From positions 1,728,001 through 1,792,000 of the forward strand of contig OY970208.1 in assembly GCA_963713865.1 (NCBI GenBank): a DNA stretch of 64,000 nucleotides. The letters run 5' to 3'. Source of the stretch: an uncultured candidate division Zixibacteria bacterium. GTDB lineage: Bacteria > Zixibacteria > MSB-5A5 > RBG-16-43-9. The notes below the pieces were generated by a model, which saw only the letters and a list, made by a program, of their open reading frames with translations, had not been told where the DNA came from and ran no database searches. This document shows, piece by piece, positions 6,577 to 17,296 of the stretch (the first letter of the stretch is position 1; the number at the start of each line of letters is the position of its first letter). A program made the translations under genes and the position numbers.

Positions 6577-8700
6577 ATGAGATCAAAACATTATTTAGGT
6601 ATAGCTCTGTTGTCACTGTTAGTTTCAGGAGTAAATATTTTGTCAGCTCAAACCTCAGATGAACTTGACGATCTGATGAAGATGAGTTTGGAAGATCTCT
6701 TAAATGTTTCCGCCGTTTCTGGCGTTCGTCATGAACAGAGGATTATAGACTCCCCCAGATCGATCTCCGTTATTACCGCAGAAGAGATTAGAAAGAAAAA
6801 TTTTCGCAGCACCCCGGAAGCTTTGAACGAGCTGGTTGGTATTCTGATCCAGGAAACAAATTACGGAGGAGGATCGCCTATCATCCGGGGATTGATTGGA
6901 AATCAGATTTTAATCTTGATTGATGGGGTCAGATTAAATAATGCCATTTTCCGTCTTGGACCGAATCAATACCTAAATACCATCGATCTTAATCAAATTG
7001 AAAGGATCGAGATAGTGCGAGGACCCGGCTCAGTGCTTTATGGCAGCGATGCCTTAGGAGGTTTAATTAATATCATCACCAAGTCCAGAAAAGGCTATAG
7101 TAAAGATCTGGATATCGGCGCAAGATTTTATACTCGGTATGCCAGTGCGGATAAGGGGAAAATTGGACGTATTGACCTCAGCGGAAATATCAAGAAAATG
7201 GGTATTACGGGAGGATTTAGTTATAAAATATTTGGTGATCTGCGAGCCGGGGATGGAGTAGGGTTTCAACCCTTTACCAGTTATGATGAGTGGAATCTTG
7301 ATCTCAAAATGAATCTTGAATTATCAAAGCGACAGAATGTTTCAATCGGTTTGCAAAAGGTCGATCAATTAAATCTACCTCGAACAGATAAGCTGATATC
7401 GGGTTCAGACTTAAAACATGAATGGGATCCAGAAGGGAGGGATCTGCTCTATGCACAATATGAATTTGAAAAAATCAACTCTTTGGTTAACAAGCTTTAT
7501 GCTGGGTTCTCTTATCAAAATCAATTAGAGGATTTATATATAATTACCAGCTCTAAACCAAAGATCCAGCAAGAGCTTCACAATGAAGTCAAATCAGTTG
7601 GATTTACATTTCAACTAATTTCTGAACTGGGTAAACATCAGCTCTTAACTTATGGTGCTGAGTATTACGCGGATAATATTGAAAGTCATAGAGTAGATGT
7701 CGATATCACTACAGGTACACGCACCAACAAAAAAGGCACATTTGCTGATGGTTCAACTTACCGGTCCACCGCAGGATTTTTGCAGGATGAGATACGGTTG
7801 ATGAAATCTATATCCCTGATTATTGGGGTAAGATACAGTTGGTTTGATGCCCAGGCTACAGTTGATGATCCGCTAACCGGAGCTATCCAGGTCCATTCTA
7901 CTCCTACCGCCTTGACTACAAGTGCCAGAGCTTTGTATAAATTGACAGAGAATCTCGTTGTTACTTTTGGTGTTGGTCAGGGCTTCAGGGCTCCTAATAT
8001 CGACGACTTGTCAATTTTGGGGAGTTTCGGCAGTGGGTTCGAGGTCCCCAATCCAAATCTCGAACCGGAGCAGAACATAAATTATGAGATCGGTCTTAAG
8101 GCGCAGCATAGAAAATTTACCGGTTCCTTATATTATTTCCTCAGTAATTATAAAGACTTAATCGAGCGAGGTACCGGCACTTTTAACAACCTTCCATTTT
8201 TGGATAACAATGGCAACGGTATCCAGGATCCAGGAGAGCAGAGTGTTTTTCAAAGAAAGAACATAGTTAAAGCACGTATCCGGGGGGTTGAGGCAGAGGG
8301 ACAAATCCAGATTTTACCTGCATGGACTGTCCTGGGTAATCTTGCCTGGATTAAGGGCGATAATTTAGCTGATAATACACCACTTAGACGCATCCCGCCG
8401 ATCAAGGGGAAATTCAGCATAGAGTGGAGGTTGAAAAATAATTTATGGACGGAATACTACAATTTGTTTGCTACCAAACAGGATAGACTTGCACCAGGGG
8501 ACCTGCAAGACCCTCGTATCCCTGTGGGTGGCACACCTGGATTTTTAACCTTCAATATCCGAGGAGGGCTGGATCTCAACAGATTTGGCAATGTCACAAT
8601 TGGCTGGGAAAATATAACGGACAAAGCCTACAGACTACATGGTTCCGGTATTGATGGCCCCGGCATTAATCTTGTGGTTGGTTATGAGTTAACCTTTTAA
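6577..8700 (+). CDS. TonB-dependent receptor
   Basis: Signal peptide, plug (SISVITAEEI; IERIEIVRGPGSVLYGSDALGGLINIIT), NPNLEPE, C-terminal YELTF. Confidence 0.93.
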   Translation: MRSKHYLGIALLSLLVSGVNILSAQTSDELDDLMKMSLEDLLNVSAVSGVRHEQRIIDSPRSISVITAEEIRKKNFRSTPEALNELVGILIQETNYGGGSPIIRGLIGNQILILIDGVRLNNAIFRLGPNQYLNTIDLNQIERIEIVRGPGSVLYGSDALGGLINIITKSRKGYSKDLDIGARFYTRYASADKGKIGRIDLSGNIKKMGITGGFSYKIFGDLRAGDGVGFQPFTSYDEWNLDLKMNLELSKRQNVSIGLQKVDQLNLPRTDKLISGSDLKHEWDPEGRDLLYAQYEFEKINSLVNKLYAGFSYQNQLEDLYIITSSKPKIQQELHNEVKSVGFTFQLISELGKHQLLTYGAEYYADNIESHRVDVDITTGTRTNKKGTFADGSTYRSTAGFLQDEIRLMKSISLIIGVRYSWFDAQATVDDPLTGAIQVHSTPTALTTSARALYKLTENLVVTFGVGQGFRAPNIDDLSILGSFGSGFEVPNPNLEPEQNINYEIGLKAQHRKFTGSLYYFLSNYKDLIERGTGTFNNLPFLDNNGNGIQDPGEQSVFQRKNIVKARIRGVEAEGQIQILPAWTVLGNLAWIKGDNLADNTPLRRIPPIKGKFSIEWRLKNNLWTEYYNLFATKQDRLAPGDLQDPRIPVGGTPGFLTFNIRGGLDLNRFGNVTIGWENITDKAYRLHGSGIDGPGINLVVGYELTF

Positions 8701-8768
8701 AATAAAATTTTAGGGTAGTGTTTAACTGGAATGGTTAAATAGAGATATAAATTAATATCGCTGAATCC

Positions 8769-9356
8769 ATGAAGAAATTCGGAACTCCAATTTTTAGATT
8801 GGTTTTGACTATCATTTTGACATTCTCAGGGACAGCAAGGTTTCATGCTCAGGAAATGGTGGTTCCGATCAAATTACAGTTAGCCCTTTTTTTAAAAATA
8901 TTGCCTTTTGATTGGAACCTGAAAGATAGAGTTGGTAATGAAATTGTTTTCGCTATTTTCTATCAAAATAATTTTGGGATATCTTATAATGCAAAAGAGG
9001 GATTCTTAAAAGTGGTTAAGGAATCTTCCGTAAAAGAAATCGATGGTATTCCGCTTCGCTTTGTATCGATCGATATTGAAGAGACCGATCTCGCAGAAGC
9101 CATTACAAGAGATAATGTGGATATTCTTTATATAACCCCGCTTCGCGCAATGGAAATTGAAAAGATCACTAACCTGAGTCGAGCCCAAAAAATAACGACC
9201 TTAACTGGTGTACCTGATTATGTTGAGTCAGGGCTTGCCGTTGGAGTCGGTGTTAAAGGCGAAAAACCGCTGATCATCATAAATTTAAAAGCGGCAAAAG
9301 CTGAAGGCGCTGATTTCAGTTCGCAGTTATTGAAGTTAGCAAAAGTCATCGAGTGA
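8769..9356 (+). CDS. YfiR/HmsC-family periplasmic protein
   Basis: Signal peptide; C-terminal IIINLKAAKAEGADFSSQLLKLAKVI; located between the TonB receptor and a HAMP kinase. Confidence 0.85.
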   Translation: MKKFGTPIFRLVLTIILTFSGTARFHAQEMVVPIKLQLALFLKILPFDWNLKDRVGNEIVFAIFYQNNFGISYNAKEGFLKVVKESSVKEIDGIPLRFVSIDIEETDLAEAITRDNVDILYITPLRAMEIEKITNLSRAQKITTLTGVPDYVESGLAVGVGVKGEKPLIIINLKAAKAEGADFSSQLLKLAKVIE

Positions 9357-10861
9357 GAGCGAATATGAGGGTTTTAGATGTTTTATTAGGAAAAAGCTCT
9401 ATCAAAAATAAAATCACTGGTGCCATTGTCTTTGTAGTTTCCCTTATAGCCATTTTCATCATTTTCTATTTTCCTACCAGGTTAAAGAAAGAAGCTTTGC
9501 TTGGGCTGAATGCTAAAGCCCAGAGCTTGGCGATTATGTTGGCATATAATGTCAGCCCGGGGTTGGAGTTTGAGGATCTTCAATCGGTGAAAGAGTCGAT
9601 CGAGGGAGCTAAACAGAATAAAGACCTATCATATGTCTTGATATATGATTTTCGAGAGCAAATCTTCGCCTCTTACAACCTGGAGAAAGGTAACGAGGTA
9701 TCAAAAAAGAGAAAAGTAGAAAAGACAGAATCTTTCATGGCTTCAGGGATGCTCAATGTTTATGCTCCTGTCTTCTCCCGGGGAAAGAAAATTGGCTATT
9801 TAACTATGGGTCTATCCCTTTCTGATTTAAAAAGGGAATTGATTTACAATCAACGCATCACTTTCCTGGTGAGTTTTTTCATAATTATCTTCGGAATTTT
9901 AATTGCCACTTACTTAAGCAAAGTCCTTTCCAACCCTATACTCAAATTAACTCAGGCGGTTCGCAGGCTATCCTCAGGCTATACCGAAGTTAAAGTAGAG
10001 GTAGAAACCAAGGATGAGATAGGGGTCCTGGCTAAGGCTTTTAACCAGATGACGATTGACTTGAAGAAATCACGGGAACAATTAATCCAGCAGGAGAAGA
10101 TGGCATCAGTGGGGCAGCTTGCAGCTGGAGCGGCCCATGAGTTGAATAACCCCCTGGCAGGGATTTTGGGTTATTCACAGTTCGCTTTGGAGAAGATCAC
10201 AAAAAAAACTTTAAAAGATTTGAATGAGGATGATATCTGTGCCTATACCCAATACCTTAAAGATATCGAGCATCAATCTCAAAGGTGCAAGACCATAGTT
10301 CAAAATCTGCTTAAGTTTGCCCGATCCTCTACCAAGGTTCCATTTGAACCTCTGGATTTAAACTCGGTTTTGAAGGACACCTTAGTTTTTCTCAGTCATC
10401 AGATGGATATGAACAAGATAGAGCTAATTGTAAATTTAGCTGATTTACCTCCTGAGGTTATGGGGAATTCCAATCAGATTCAGCAGGTATTTACCAATGT
10501 CATCATGAATTCAATTCAGGCGATGCCTGAGGGTGGAAAGTTGGCCATATCGAGCTCAAAGAGGGAGAAAGAGGATAATTTGCCGGAGAGGGTGGAGATC
10601 GTTTTCACCGATACCGGCCATGGAATACCTGAAGGTAATCTAAACAAGATCTTTGAACCTTTCTTCACCACCAAGAAAGTGGGCGAAGGGACCGGCTTAG
10701 GTTTGCCGGTGAGCTATGGTATAATCAAAGAACATAAAGGTGAAATCTCAGTGGAAAGCCAGGTAGGGAAAGGAACTACGTTCATCCTTTGGATACCAGT
10801 TTTCTACATAGATAAAAGATGCGAAGATAAACAGGAAAAGAAAGTTTTAAAAAAGGTATAA
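9353..10861 (+). CDS. Membrane sensor histidine kinase (periplasmic domain-HAMP-HisKA-HATPase)
   Basis: Two TM segments, HAMP DEIGVLAKAFNQM, AHELNNPL, FEPFFTTK, GTGLGL. Confidence 0.93.
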   Translation: MRANMRVLDVLLGKSSIKNKITGAIVFVVSLIAIFIIFYFPTRLKKEALLGLNAKAQSLAIMLAYNVSPGLEFEDLQSVKESIEGAKQNKDLSYVLIYDFREQIFASYNLEKGNEVSKKRKVEKTESFMASGMLNVYAPVFSRGKKIGYLTMGLSLSDLKRELIYNQRITFLVSFFIIIFGILIATYLSKVLSNPILKLTQAVRRLSSGYTEVKVEVETKDEIGVLAKAFNQMTIDLKKSREQLIQQEKMASVGQLAAGAAHELNNPLAGILGYSQFALEKITKKTLKDLNEDDICAYTQYLKDIEHQSQRCKTIVQNLLKFARSSTKVPFEPLDLNSVLKDTLVFLSHQMDMNKIELIVNLADLPPEVMGNSNQIQQVFTNVIMNSIQAMPEGGKLAISSSKREKEDNLPERVEIVFTDTGHGIPEGNLNKIFEPFFTTKKVGEGTGLGLPVSYGIIKEHKGEISVESQVGKGTTFILWIPVFYIDKRCEDKQEKKVLKKV

Positions 10862-10881
10862 AAAACTGCTTGAGGTGAAAA

Positions 10882-11274
10882 ATGAACCAGGAAAATGGAA
10901 ATAGAAATATTTTGATCGTTGACGATGAGGAGATTATGAGAAATTTCTTAGGGGAGGTTTTCTCGGAGGAGGGTTATCAATTAGATTTTGCCTGTGATGG
11001 GGATGAGGCTATTGAGAAAATAAGAAAGGTAAATTACAGGGTAATTATAACTGATATCAGGATGCCTAAAGTAGAGGGTACTGAAGTCCTGAGGGTGGCT
11101 AAAGAGATTCTACCGCAGGCTGAGGTGATTGTCATAACCGGTTATGCCTCAGAAGATGTTGCCAGGGAATGTGAAAAACTGGGGGCTTTTGCCTACTTGA
11201 CCAAACCTTTCCAAATGACTCATATAAGAGAGTTGGTGAACAAAATTGTAACTGGGCAGGTTGGGTTAAAATGA
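10882..11274 (+). CDS. Single-domain response regulator
   Basis: IVDDE, TDIRMP, ITGY, KPF. Confidence 0.9.
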   Translation: MNQENGNRNILIVDDEEIMRNFLGEVFSEEGYQLDFACDGDEAIEKIRKVNYRVIITDIRMPKVEGTEVLRVAKEILPQAEVIVITGYASEDVARECEKLGAFAYLTKPFQMTHIRELVNKIVTGQVGLK

Positions 11275-11654
11275 GAATCTTAGTGGTGGACGACGAACAG
11301 ATTATCCGAAAGCTTTTATCTGAAGTCTTATTAGAGGATGAGCATCAGGTGAGTTGTGCTTTAAACGGGAAAGAAGCTGTGGAGAAAGTCAGGGAAGAAA
11401 AATACGATCTTATTTTTTCGGATGTTCATATGCCTGAGATGAATGGCTTGGAAGCAGTAAAAATAATTAAAATGATAGATAAAAAGGTTGTCATCGTGAT
11501 GATGGATAGTTTTCCGGATGTTATGAGTGAATTAGCTCAAGAGGAAGGTGCCATAACCTGTATCCATAAACCTTTTGAACTCCAGGAGATCAGAGATATC
11601 ATAAAAAAAATTGAAAACAAGGATATAAGAGGTGAGAAGATTGGAATCAGATGA
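11271..11654 (+). CDS. Single-domain response regulator
   Basis: VVDDE, SDVHMP, KPF. Confidence 0.88.
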   Translation: MRILVVDDEQIIRKLLSEVLLEDEHQVSCALNGKEAVEKVREEKYDLIFSDVHMPEMNGLEAVKIIKMIDKKVVIVMMDSFPDVMSELAQEEGAITCIHKPFELQEIRDIIKKIENKDIRGEKIGIR

Positions 11655-13314
11655 GATTAATCCAGTCAAAAAGATAAAAATTGCCGTGGTCGACGATGAG
11701 GAGATCATGCGTAGATTGGTCTCAGATGTCCTCAAAACCGAAGGATATGAGGTCGATTCCTTTGCTAATCCCAAAGAAATTTTGGAGAAGATAAAAGAAA
11801 AAAATTTCGACTTTGTACTTACTGATATTAAAATGCCGGACCTGGATGGGATTGAGTTGATCAAACAAATACACCAGATAAATCCGAATGTAGGTACAAT
11901 ATTTATGACCGGATATGCAGATTTAGCTTCATCCAAAGAGGCACTTAAAGAAGGGGCTTATGATTACCTGTTGAAACCATTCGACTTAAATGAGGTGAGA
12001 AAATCTGTGGCAAAGGCTATTGAGAAAAGGAATATATCTGAGGAGAAAGCCAAAGCCAGGGGGATAACACCTCTTCTGGACTTAAACCAGGAAATCTACA
12101 AAAGCGGGGATAAAGATAGCCTTCTAAAGCTAACCTTAAAATTTGCCTTGATGCAGACCGGAATCCAAAAAGGTTCTATCCTTTTATGGGATGAGGATAG
12201 CCAGAAAGTTAAAATATTTCTGACCACAGATTTCAATAAAGATCTCTCAGAAAAAATTGAGCTCGAAGTAGATTCAAAAATAGTTGAAAATTGGTTTGAG
12301 TTAAAAGATATGATAAAAATCTCCGAACTTGAAAAACATCCTATATTTTCTTCACTTTTTTCTTTTTATCCCGAGCTTTCGATCTGGAAAAAAATAATCG
12401 AAAAAGGTGAGACCATCTTTTCCATCGTCGCTGGCCGTGACAAAAAAGTATTTGAGCTTTTAAGCCTTAATTGCACAAAATATCCGGAGGAAATTGCTGA
12501 AAGCTCTTTAAAGCTTTTGTCCCTGATAACCAGTCAAACCGCTTTATCGATTGAGAACCTTCTTTTGCTGAAGGAGTCAAAAAAGTCCTTCAGCGAATTA
12601 GAGAGATTACAAGACCAAATCATTCAGCTCGACAGGATGGCGACCAAAGCCCTGCAATCCGCAGAGATAGGGCATGAACTAAATAACTATTTATCTATAG
12701 TAATGGGGAACCTCCAGAGGTTAACCCTTTCTCTGGATAAGGATGAACCAGAAAAGAGAAGAAAGATTCTGGATACGATAGACGAGTATCTCCAGAGGAT
12801 GGTTAAATTTGTTTCCGGATTAATGGATTTTGGATCTTTGAAGTCGGAAAAGAAGGAAGGTAACCTGAACCAATTGATACAGAAGACCTTAAGCTTCGTC
12901 CAATCTCAAAACAGATTTAAAAATATCTCAATTGAGACCAGATTAAACCAAAAGGTCCCTTTTCTATTTTTAGATGCTGACCAGATCCAGCAGCTCATAT
13001 ATAATTTATTGAACAATGCGGCTGATGCTATGGGAAAAAGAAAGGGGGAGGGAGGGGTCATCGCTATTGAGACATTTCTAGACAGAGATGAAAGCTTTGC
13101 AGAGTTAGCAGTGTCGGATACCGGGAAAGGAATGAGCGAGGAAGAACTGGGAAAAGTTTTTAAGACCCGTTTTACTACCAAGGAAACAGGGCATGGTTTC
13201 GGTCTCATCGCCTGCAAAAAGATAGTGGATAACCACCAGGGGGAAATCACGGTAAAAAGTCAGTATAATCAAGGAACAACATTTAGGATTAAACTACCTC
13301 TAAAAAACAAATAA
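11632..13314 (+). CDS. REC-GAF-like-histidine kinase hybrid
   Basis: N-terminal REC, GAF-like middle, IGHELNN, NAADAM, DTGKGM, GHGFGL. Confidence 0.9.
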   Translation: MRRLESDEINPVKKIKIAVVDDEEIMRRLVSDVLKTEGYEVDSFANPKEILEKIKEKNFDFVLTDIKMPDLDGIELIKQIHQINPNVGTIFMTGYADLASSKEALKEGAYDYLLKPFDLNEVRKSVAKAIEKRNISEEKAKARGITPLLDLNQEIYKSGDKDSLLKLTLKFALMQTGIQKGSILLWDEDSQKVKIFLTTDFNKDLSEKIELEVDSKIVENWFELKDMIKISELEKHPIFSSLFSFYPELSIWKKIIEKGETIFSIVAGRDKKVFELLSLNCTKYPEEIAESSLKLLSLITSQTALSIENLLLLKESKKSFSELERLQDQIIQLDRMATKALQSAEIGHELNNYLSIVMGNLQRLTLSLDKDEPEKRRKILDTIDEYLQRMVKFVSGLMDFGSLKSEKKEGNLNQLIQKTLSFVQSQNRFKNISIETRLNQKVPFLFLDADQIQQLIYNLLNNAADAMGKRKGEGGVIAIETFLDRDESFAELAVSDTGKGMSEEELGKVFKTRFTTKETGHGFGLIACKKIVDNHQGEITVKSQYNQGTTFRIKLPLKNK

Positions 13315-13593
13315 CATTGAATCCGGATAGGGGAAGTCCTCTCTCATATTAGCCGAACTATTTAAGCTTAACCAGGAAAGATAAAACAAAAACAATACCG
13401 CGTAAATAGAGCTAACCCTTACCCTTCTCTTTAATAGAAAAGGAAGGGAGGTAGAGAGGCATTGCAATATCTCTCTATGTTTTTCTGTAATATAAGATTC
13501 GATTAATTTACCCCTTAGGCCCTTAGATTCCTGTTGCATAGTTTAAAATATTAATTATATTAAAACTCGAAAAATGATTTTACGGAGGTTTAG

Positions 13594-14151
13594 ATGTTGT
13601 CCACCACTGATTTTCGCAAAGGACTGCGGATAAAATTTGAAGGGGAGCCTTATTATATAATCGATTTCCAGCATGCGCGCACAGCCCAGAGAAGAGCCTT
13701 CGTAAGAACTAAGTTGAAAAACATCAAGACCGGTGCAGTCTTAGAGAGGACCTTTTCAGCCGGAGAGACTTTTGAAGAGCCGGATTTTCAGGAAAAATGG
13801 ATGCAGTATCTTTATTTCTCTGGAGCTGAATTTAATTTTATGGATTCAAAGAGCTACGAGCAGATCGTTTTGAATGAAGAGCAGTTAGGTGATTACAGAT
13901 GGTATTTGAAAGAGAACGAGGTATATCAGATCCTGTTCTTCGAAGGAAAACCGGTGAGCCTGGATATTCCCACCTCAGTTATTTTACAGGTAACCACGAC
14001 TGAGCCAGCCATTAAAGGAGATTCAGTTACTAATATCACCAAAAATGCTACCCTGGAAACCGGGCTGGTAGTTAAAGTTCCAATGTTCATCAAGGAAGGT
14101 GATAAAGTAAAGGTAGATACTCGCACCGGAGAATATATAGAAAGGGCTTAA
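13594..14151 (+). CDS. efp: Elongation factor P
   Basis: VRTKLKNIKTG, MQYLY, ATLETG..VKVPMFI.EGDKVKVDTRTGEYIER; loop ARTAQRRA instead of KPGKG. Confidence 0.92.
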   Translation: MLSTTDFRKGLRIKFEGEPYYIIDFQHARTAQRRAFVRTKLKNIKTGAVLERTFSAGETFEEPDFQEKWMQYLYFSGAEFNFMDSKSYEQIVLNEEQLGDYRWYLKENEVYQILFFEGKPVSLDIPTSVILQVTTTEPAIKGDSVTNITKNATLETGLVVKVPMFIKEGDKVKVDTRTGEYIERA

Positions 14152-14194
14152 ATTCTAATTTAACCAGAAAATAAACTTAAATCGAAACATAGTC

Positions 14195-15049
14195 ATGGAT
14201 AAAAAAATATCTGGTTCTGGTGGAAAGGAATTTCATAAAGGTAATCTACCTCTAACTGATAGAAAAGGGAAGTATCCTCTTAAACCTGCCCCGCGTTCTT
14301 TCTCTCAAAGGGAACTTTTTAAAGAAGGGGACAAGGTTGTTTCAGCAGAACAGAGAATTGGAAAACAACGAGCAGAACCTAAAAAGAGTTCCGGCTGGAT
14401 CGGCACAGACGAGTCGGGTAAAGGCGATTATTTCGGACCTTTGGTGGTTGCGGGAGTTTATTTAGAGGATAACCTTCTACCTAAATTAAAGGAGCTGAAT
14501 GTTCGGGATAGTAAAAAAATATCGGATGGGGTTATAAAAGAGCTGGATTTCAAATTACGCAGTTTCTGCCGCTATTCGGTGGTGGTTATTGGACCGGGGA
14601 ATTATAATCTTTTATATGCCAAGATGAAAAATCTGAATCGTATTCTTGGCTGGGGGCACGCCAGGGTGATAGAGAATATACTGTTGCAGGTTGATGCACC
14701 AAAGGCAATTTCTGATCAGTTCGGGGATGAGCTTTATATAAAAAATGCGCTGATGAAATTGGGGAAAAAAATAAGACTTGAACAAAGGCCCGGGGCAGAA
14801 TCTGATTTGGCCGTAGCAGCAGCTTCGATTTTAGCCCGAGCTGAGTTTTTAAAAAGGCTGGAAGGGCTTTCACGAGACTGCGGAATGGTTTTGCCGAAAG
14901 GGGCATCTCCTCAGACCGAAGAAGCGGCAAAACAACTGGTTGAAAAGCTGGGTAAGGAAAATTTAGAGAAGTATGTGAAAATGCATTTTAAGAATACCAA
15001 CAAAGTGTTGCTCCCAGAAAAAAATCTACCTACGACAAGTCAGAGTTAA
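14195..15049 (+). CDS. rnhC: Ribonuclease HIII
   Basis: IGTDESGKGDYFGPLVVAG, VRDSK, DQF, VAAASILAR, LPKGAS, KMHFKNT. Confidence 0.88.
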   Translation: MDKKISGSGGKEFHKGNLPLTDRKGKYPLKPAPRSFSQRELFKEGDKVVSAEQRIGKQRAEPKKSSGWIGTDESGKGDYFGPLVVAGVYLEDNLLPKLKELNVRDSKKISDGVIKELDFKLRSFCRYSVVVIGPGNYNLLYAKMKNLNRILGWGHARVIENILLQVDAPKAISDQFGDELYIKNALMKLGKKIRLEQRPGAESDLAVAAASILARAEFLKRLEGLSRDCGMVLPKGASPQTEEAAKQLVEKLGKENLEKYVKMHFKNTNKVLLPEKNLPTTSQS

Positions 15050-15391
15050 AAAAATCAATTACCAAAAAGTAATTTTAAAATCTTTTTTAATTTTCCACAT
15101 TCAGTTTATGTGGTATCTGAAAAACTTAAAATACTTGATATAAATATTGGAAAGTAAAGCTTAAACTTTACTTTTTCATCTTAAGAAGATTGAAAAACAA
15201 AAGAAGTGATCTAAGTAAACCTATTCGAGAAACGGGTCCATAGGAAAGGTTTACACTCCAAAATACCTACAGAAACTACTTTCTGAGAGTTTTTAAAGTC
15301 ATTTTTTACTTTTCAGTTGACTAAAATCTTCAAATTGACTATATATTTTTAATTCCTGTTTTTGGATTATGACTTTAAAAGCGATGAATAT

Positions 15392-17074
15392 ATGAGAATA
15401 TCAGGTTTTAGAAAGGGATACAAAAACGTAAAAAGATACCGGCAGATTATTGCGGTTCTGTTAAGATACGGGTTTCAGGATATCCTGGCTCGGATGAAGA
15501 TCTCCACTTATCTGAGACTGGGGAAAAAGCTTATTGTCAGAAAGAAAGTTGAGGTGGAAAAGCTTACCTATGCCCAGAGGATAAGGATGGCTCTGGAAGA
15601 ATTAGGTCCAACCTTTGTAAAATTAGGGCAACAATTGTCCATGCGGCCATTTTTATTACCCCTCGAATTAATCGAGGAGCTTACCAGGTTGCAGGATGAG
15701 GTTGCTCCTTTTCCTTTTGAAAAAGTAAAAGTGATTGTGGAAAGAGAGCTCAAAGCTCCTTTGGAAAAGTACTTTTTCTATTTTGATCCGAATCCGATCG
15801 CTTCAGCCTCTTTAGCTCAGGTACATAAGGCGGTTACTCAAAGTGGAGATAAGGTAGTAGTAAAGGTCCAGCGTCCTGAAATAAAAAAGATTGTAGATTC
15901 AGATATGAACATTTTAAAAGATTTAGCTAATCTTTTAGATAGATATGTTCCGGAAAGCAGGCAGTATGACCCTAAGGGGATGGTTGAGGAGCTATCCAAA
16001 ACCTTCCGCCGGGAGATTGATTTCAAGAATGAAGGCAGAAATATCGATATCTTCGCAGAAAATTTCAAAGAGGATAAGACTGTCTTTGTGCCTGAAGTTT
16101 ACTGGGAGCTTTCCACCAATTTAGTTCTGACTATGGAATATATTGAAGGGATAAAAGTTTCCAACCTTAAGGAGATTGAAAGAAGAGGCTTGGACCGGAA
16201 GGTCATAGCCCGAAATGCCGGGAAAGCGGTATTTAAACAGATTTTTGTAGATGGCTTTTTTCATGCAGACCCTCATCCGGGTAATATTTTCGTCCTGGAA
16301 AATAACGTGATTGCTCCGGTCGATTTCGGGATGATGGGTAAGCTTTCTGAGTCTGCTATGGATGAGATGTCTGACCTTTTGATCGCTGTGGTGACCTGGG
16401 ATGCTAAGGCTGTGGTCAAGGTTTATGAAAAAGCAGGGATACTTGAAGGAGGGATTAATCTAAAAGCTTTAGAGGCTGATTTCAATGATTTTCTATACAG
16501 ATATCATAAAATTCCTTTATCACGTTTAGATATGAAATCTATAGTCAACGAGTTATTCTATATAATTCATAGATATAATATTCAGGTTCAATCGGAATTG
16601 ATGCTTTTAGGAAAAGCACTGGTGACTTATGAAGAGGTTGCCCGGATCTTAGACCCGGATTATAATTTCATAAACGAGGCCATACCTTATGTTAAAAAAT
16701 TAGCTAAAAGAAAATATAAACCTAAAGTTATTCTAAGAGATCTTTTAAGAGGTGTTCATGACCTGCGAGATTTCTTAGTTGGATTCCCCTTTGAATTAAG
16801 GAAGATTACCCAGAAGATAGGGAAGGGGGAGCTTTCTTTTACCCTACAACATAAAGGTTTGGAAAAACTTATCTTAGAGATAGATCGGGCTTCCAATCGA
16901 ATATCTTTTGCCTTGGTTGTGGCAGCAATTATTGTTGGTTCATCTCTGATTATGAGAATGGAAGTAGGTCCCTATTTATTTGGATACTCACTTTTAGGTA
17001 TAATGGGTTATGTCATGGCAGGACTTTTAGGTATCTGGCTGGTGATTGCAATCTTAAGGTCAGGGAGAATGTAA
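15392..17074 (+). CDS. ABC1/UbiB/AarF family kinase
   Basis: LGPTFVKLGQ, ASASLAQVH, VKVQRP, FFHADPHPGN, DFGM; C-terminal TM helices. Confidence 0.92.
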   Translation: MRISGFRKGYKNVKRYRQIIAVLLRYGFQDILARMKISTYLRLGKKLIVRKKVEVEKLTYAQRIRMALEELGPTFVKLGQQLSMRPFLLPLELIEELTRLQDEVAPFPFEKVKVIVERELKAPLEKYFFYFDPNPIASASLAQVHKAVTQSGDKVVVKVQRPEIKKIVDSDMNILKDLANLLDRYVPESRQYDPKGMVEELSKTFRREIDFKNEGRNIDIFAENFKEDKTVFVPEVYWELSTNLVLTMEYIEGIKVSNLKEIERRGLDRKVIARNAGKAVFKQIFVDGFFHADPHPGNIFVLENNVIAPVDFGMMGKLSESAMDEMSDLLIAVVTWDAKAVVKVYEKAGILEGGINLKALEADFNDFLYRYHKIPLSRLDMKSIVNELFYIIHRYNIQVQSELMLLGKALVTYEEVARILDPDYNFINEAIPYVKKLAKRKYKPKVILRDLLRGVHDLRDFLVGFPFELRKITQKIGKGELSFTLQHKGLEKLILEIDRASNRISFALVVAAIIVGSSLIMRMEVGPYLFGYSLLGIMGYVMAGLLGIWLVIAILRSGRM

Positions 17075-17296
17075 ATACAAGTTAAATGATTAATGATCGA
17101 TGACGAATGACAGATAAAATATAAACTACAAAACTCTATACATCCCACCCAACGTTATTCCTTAACAAAAATAATTAGTAAGTTATATTTAAAACAAAAA
17201 GGTGTTTTTGGATTCAAAATAATGAGTAGAGATAACATATTTAATAATAACAACATAAGACGATATGCTAAACTATAACTTCAAAAGGAGCAGTAG

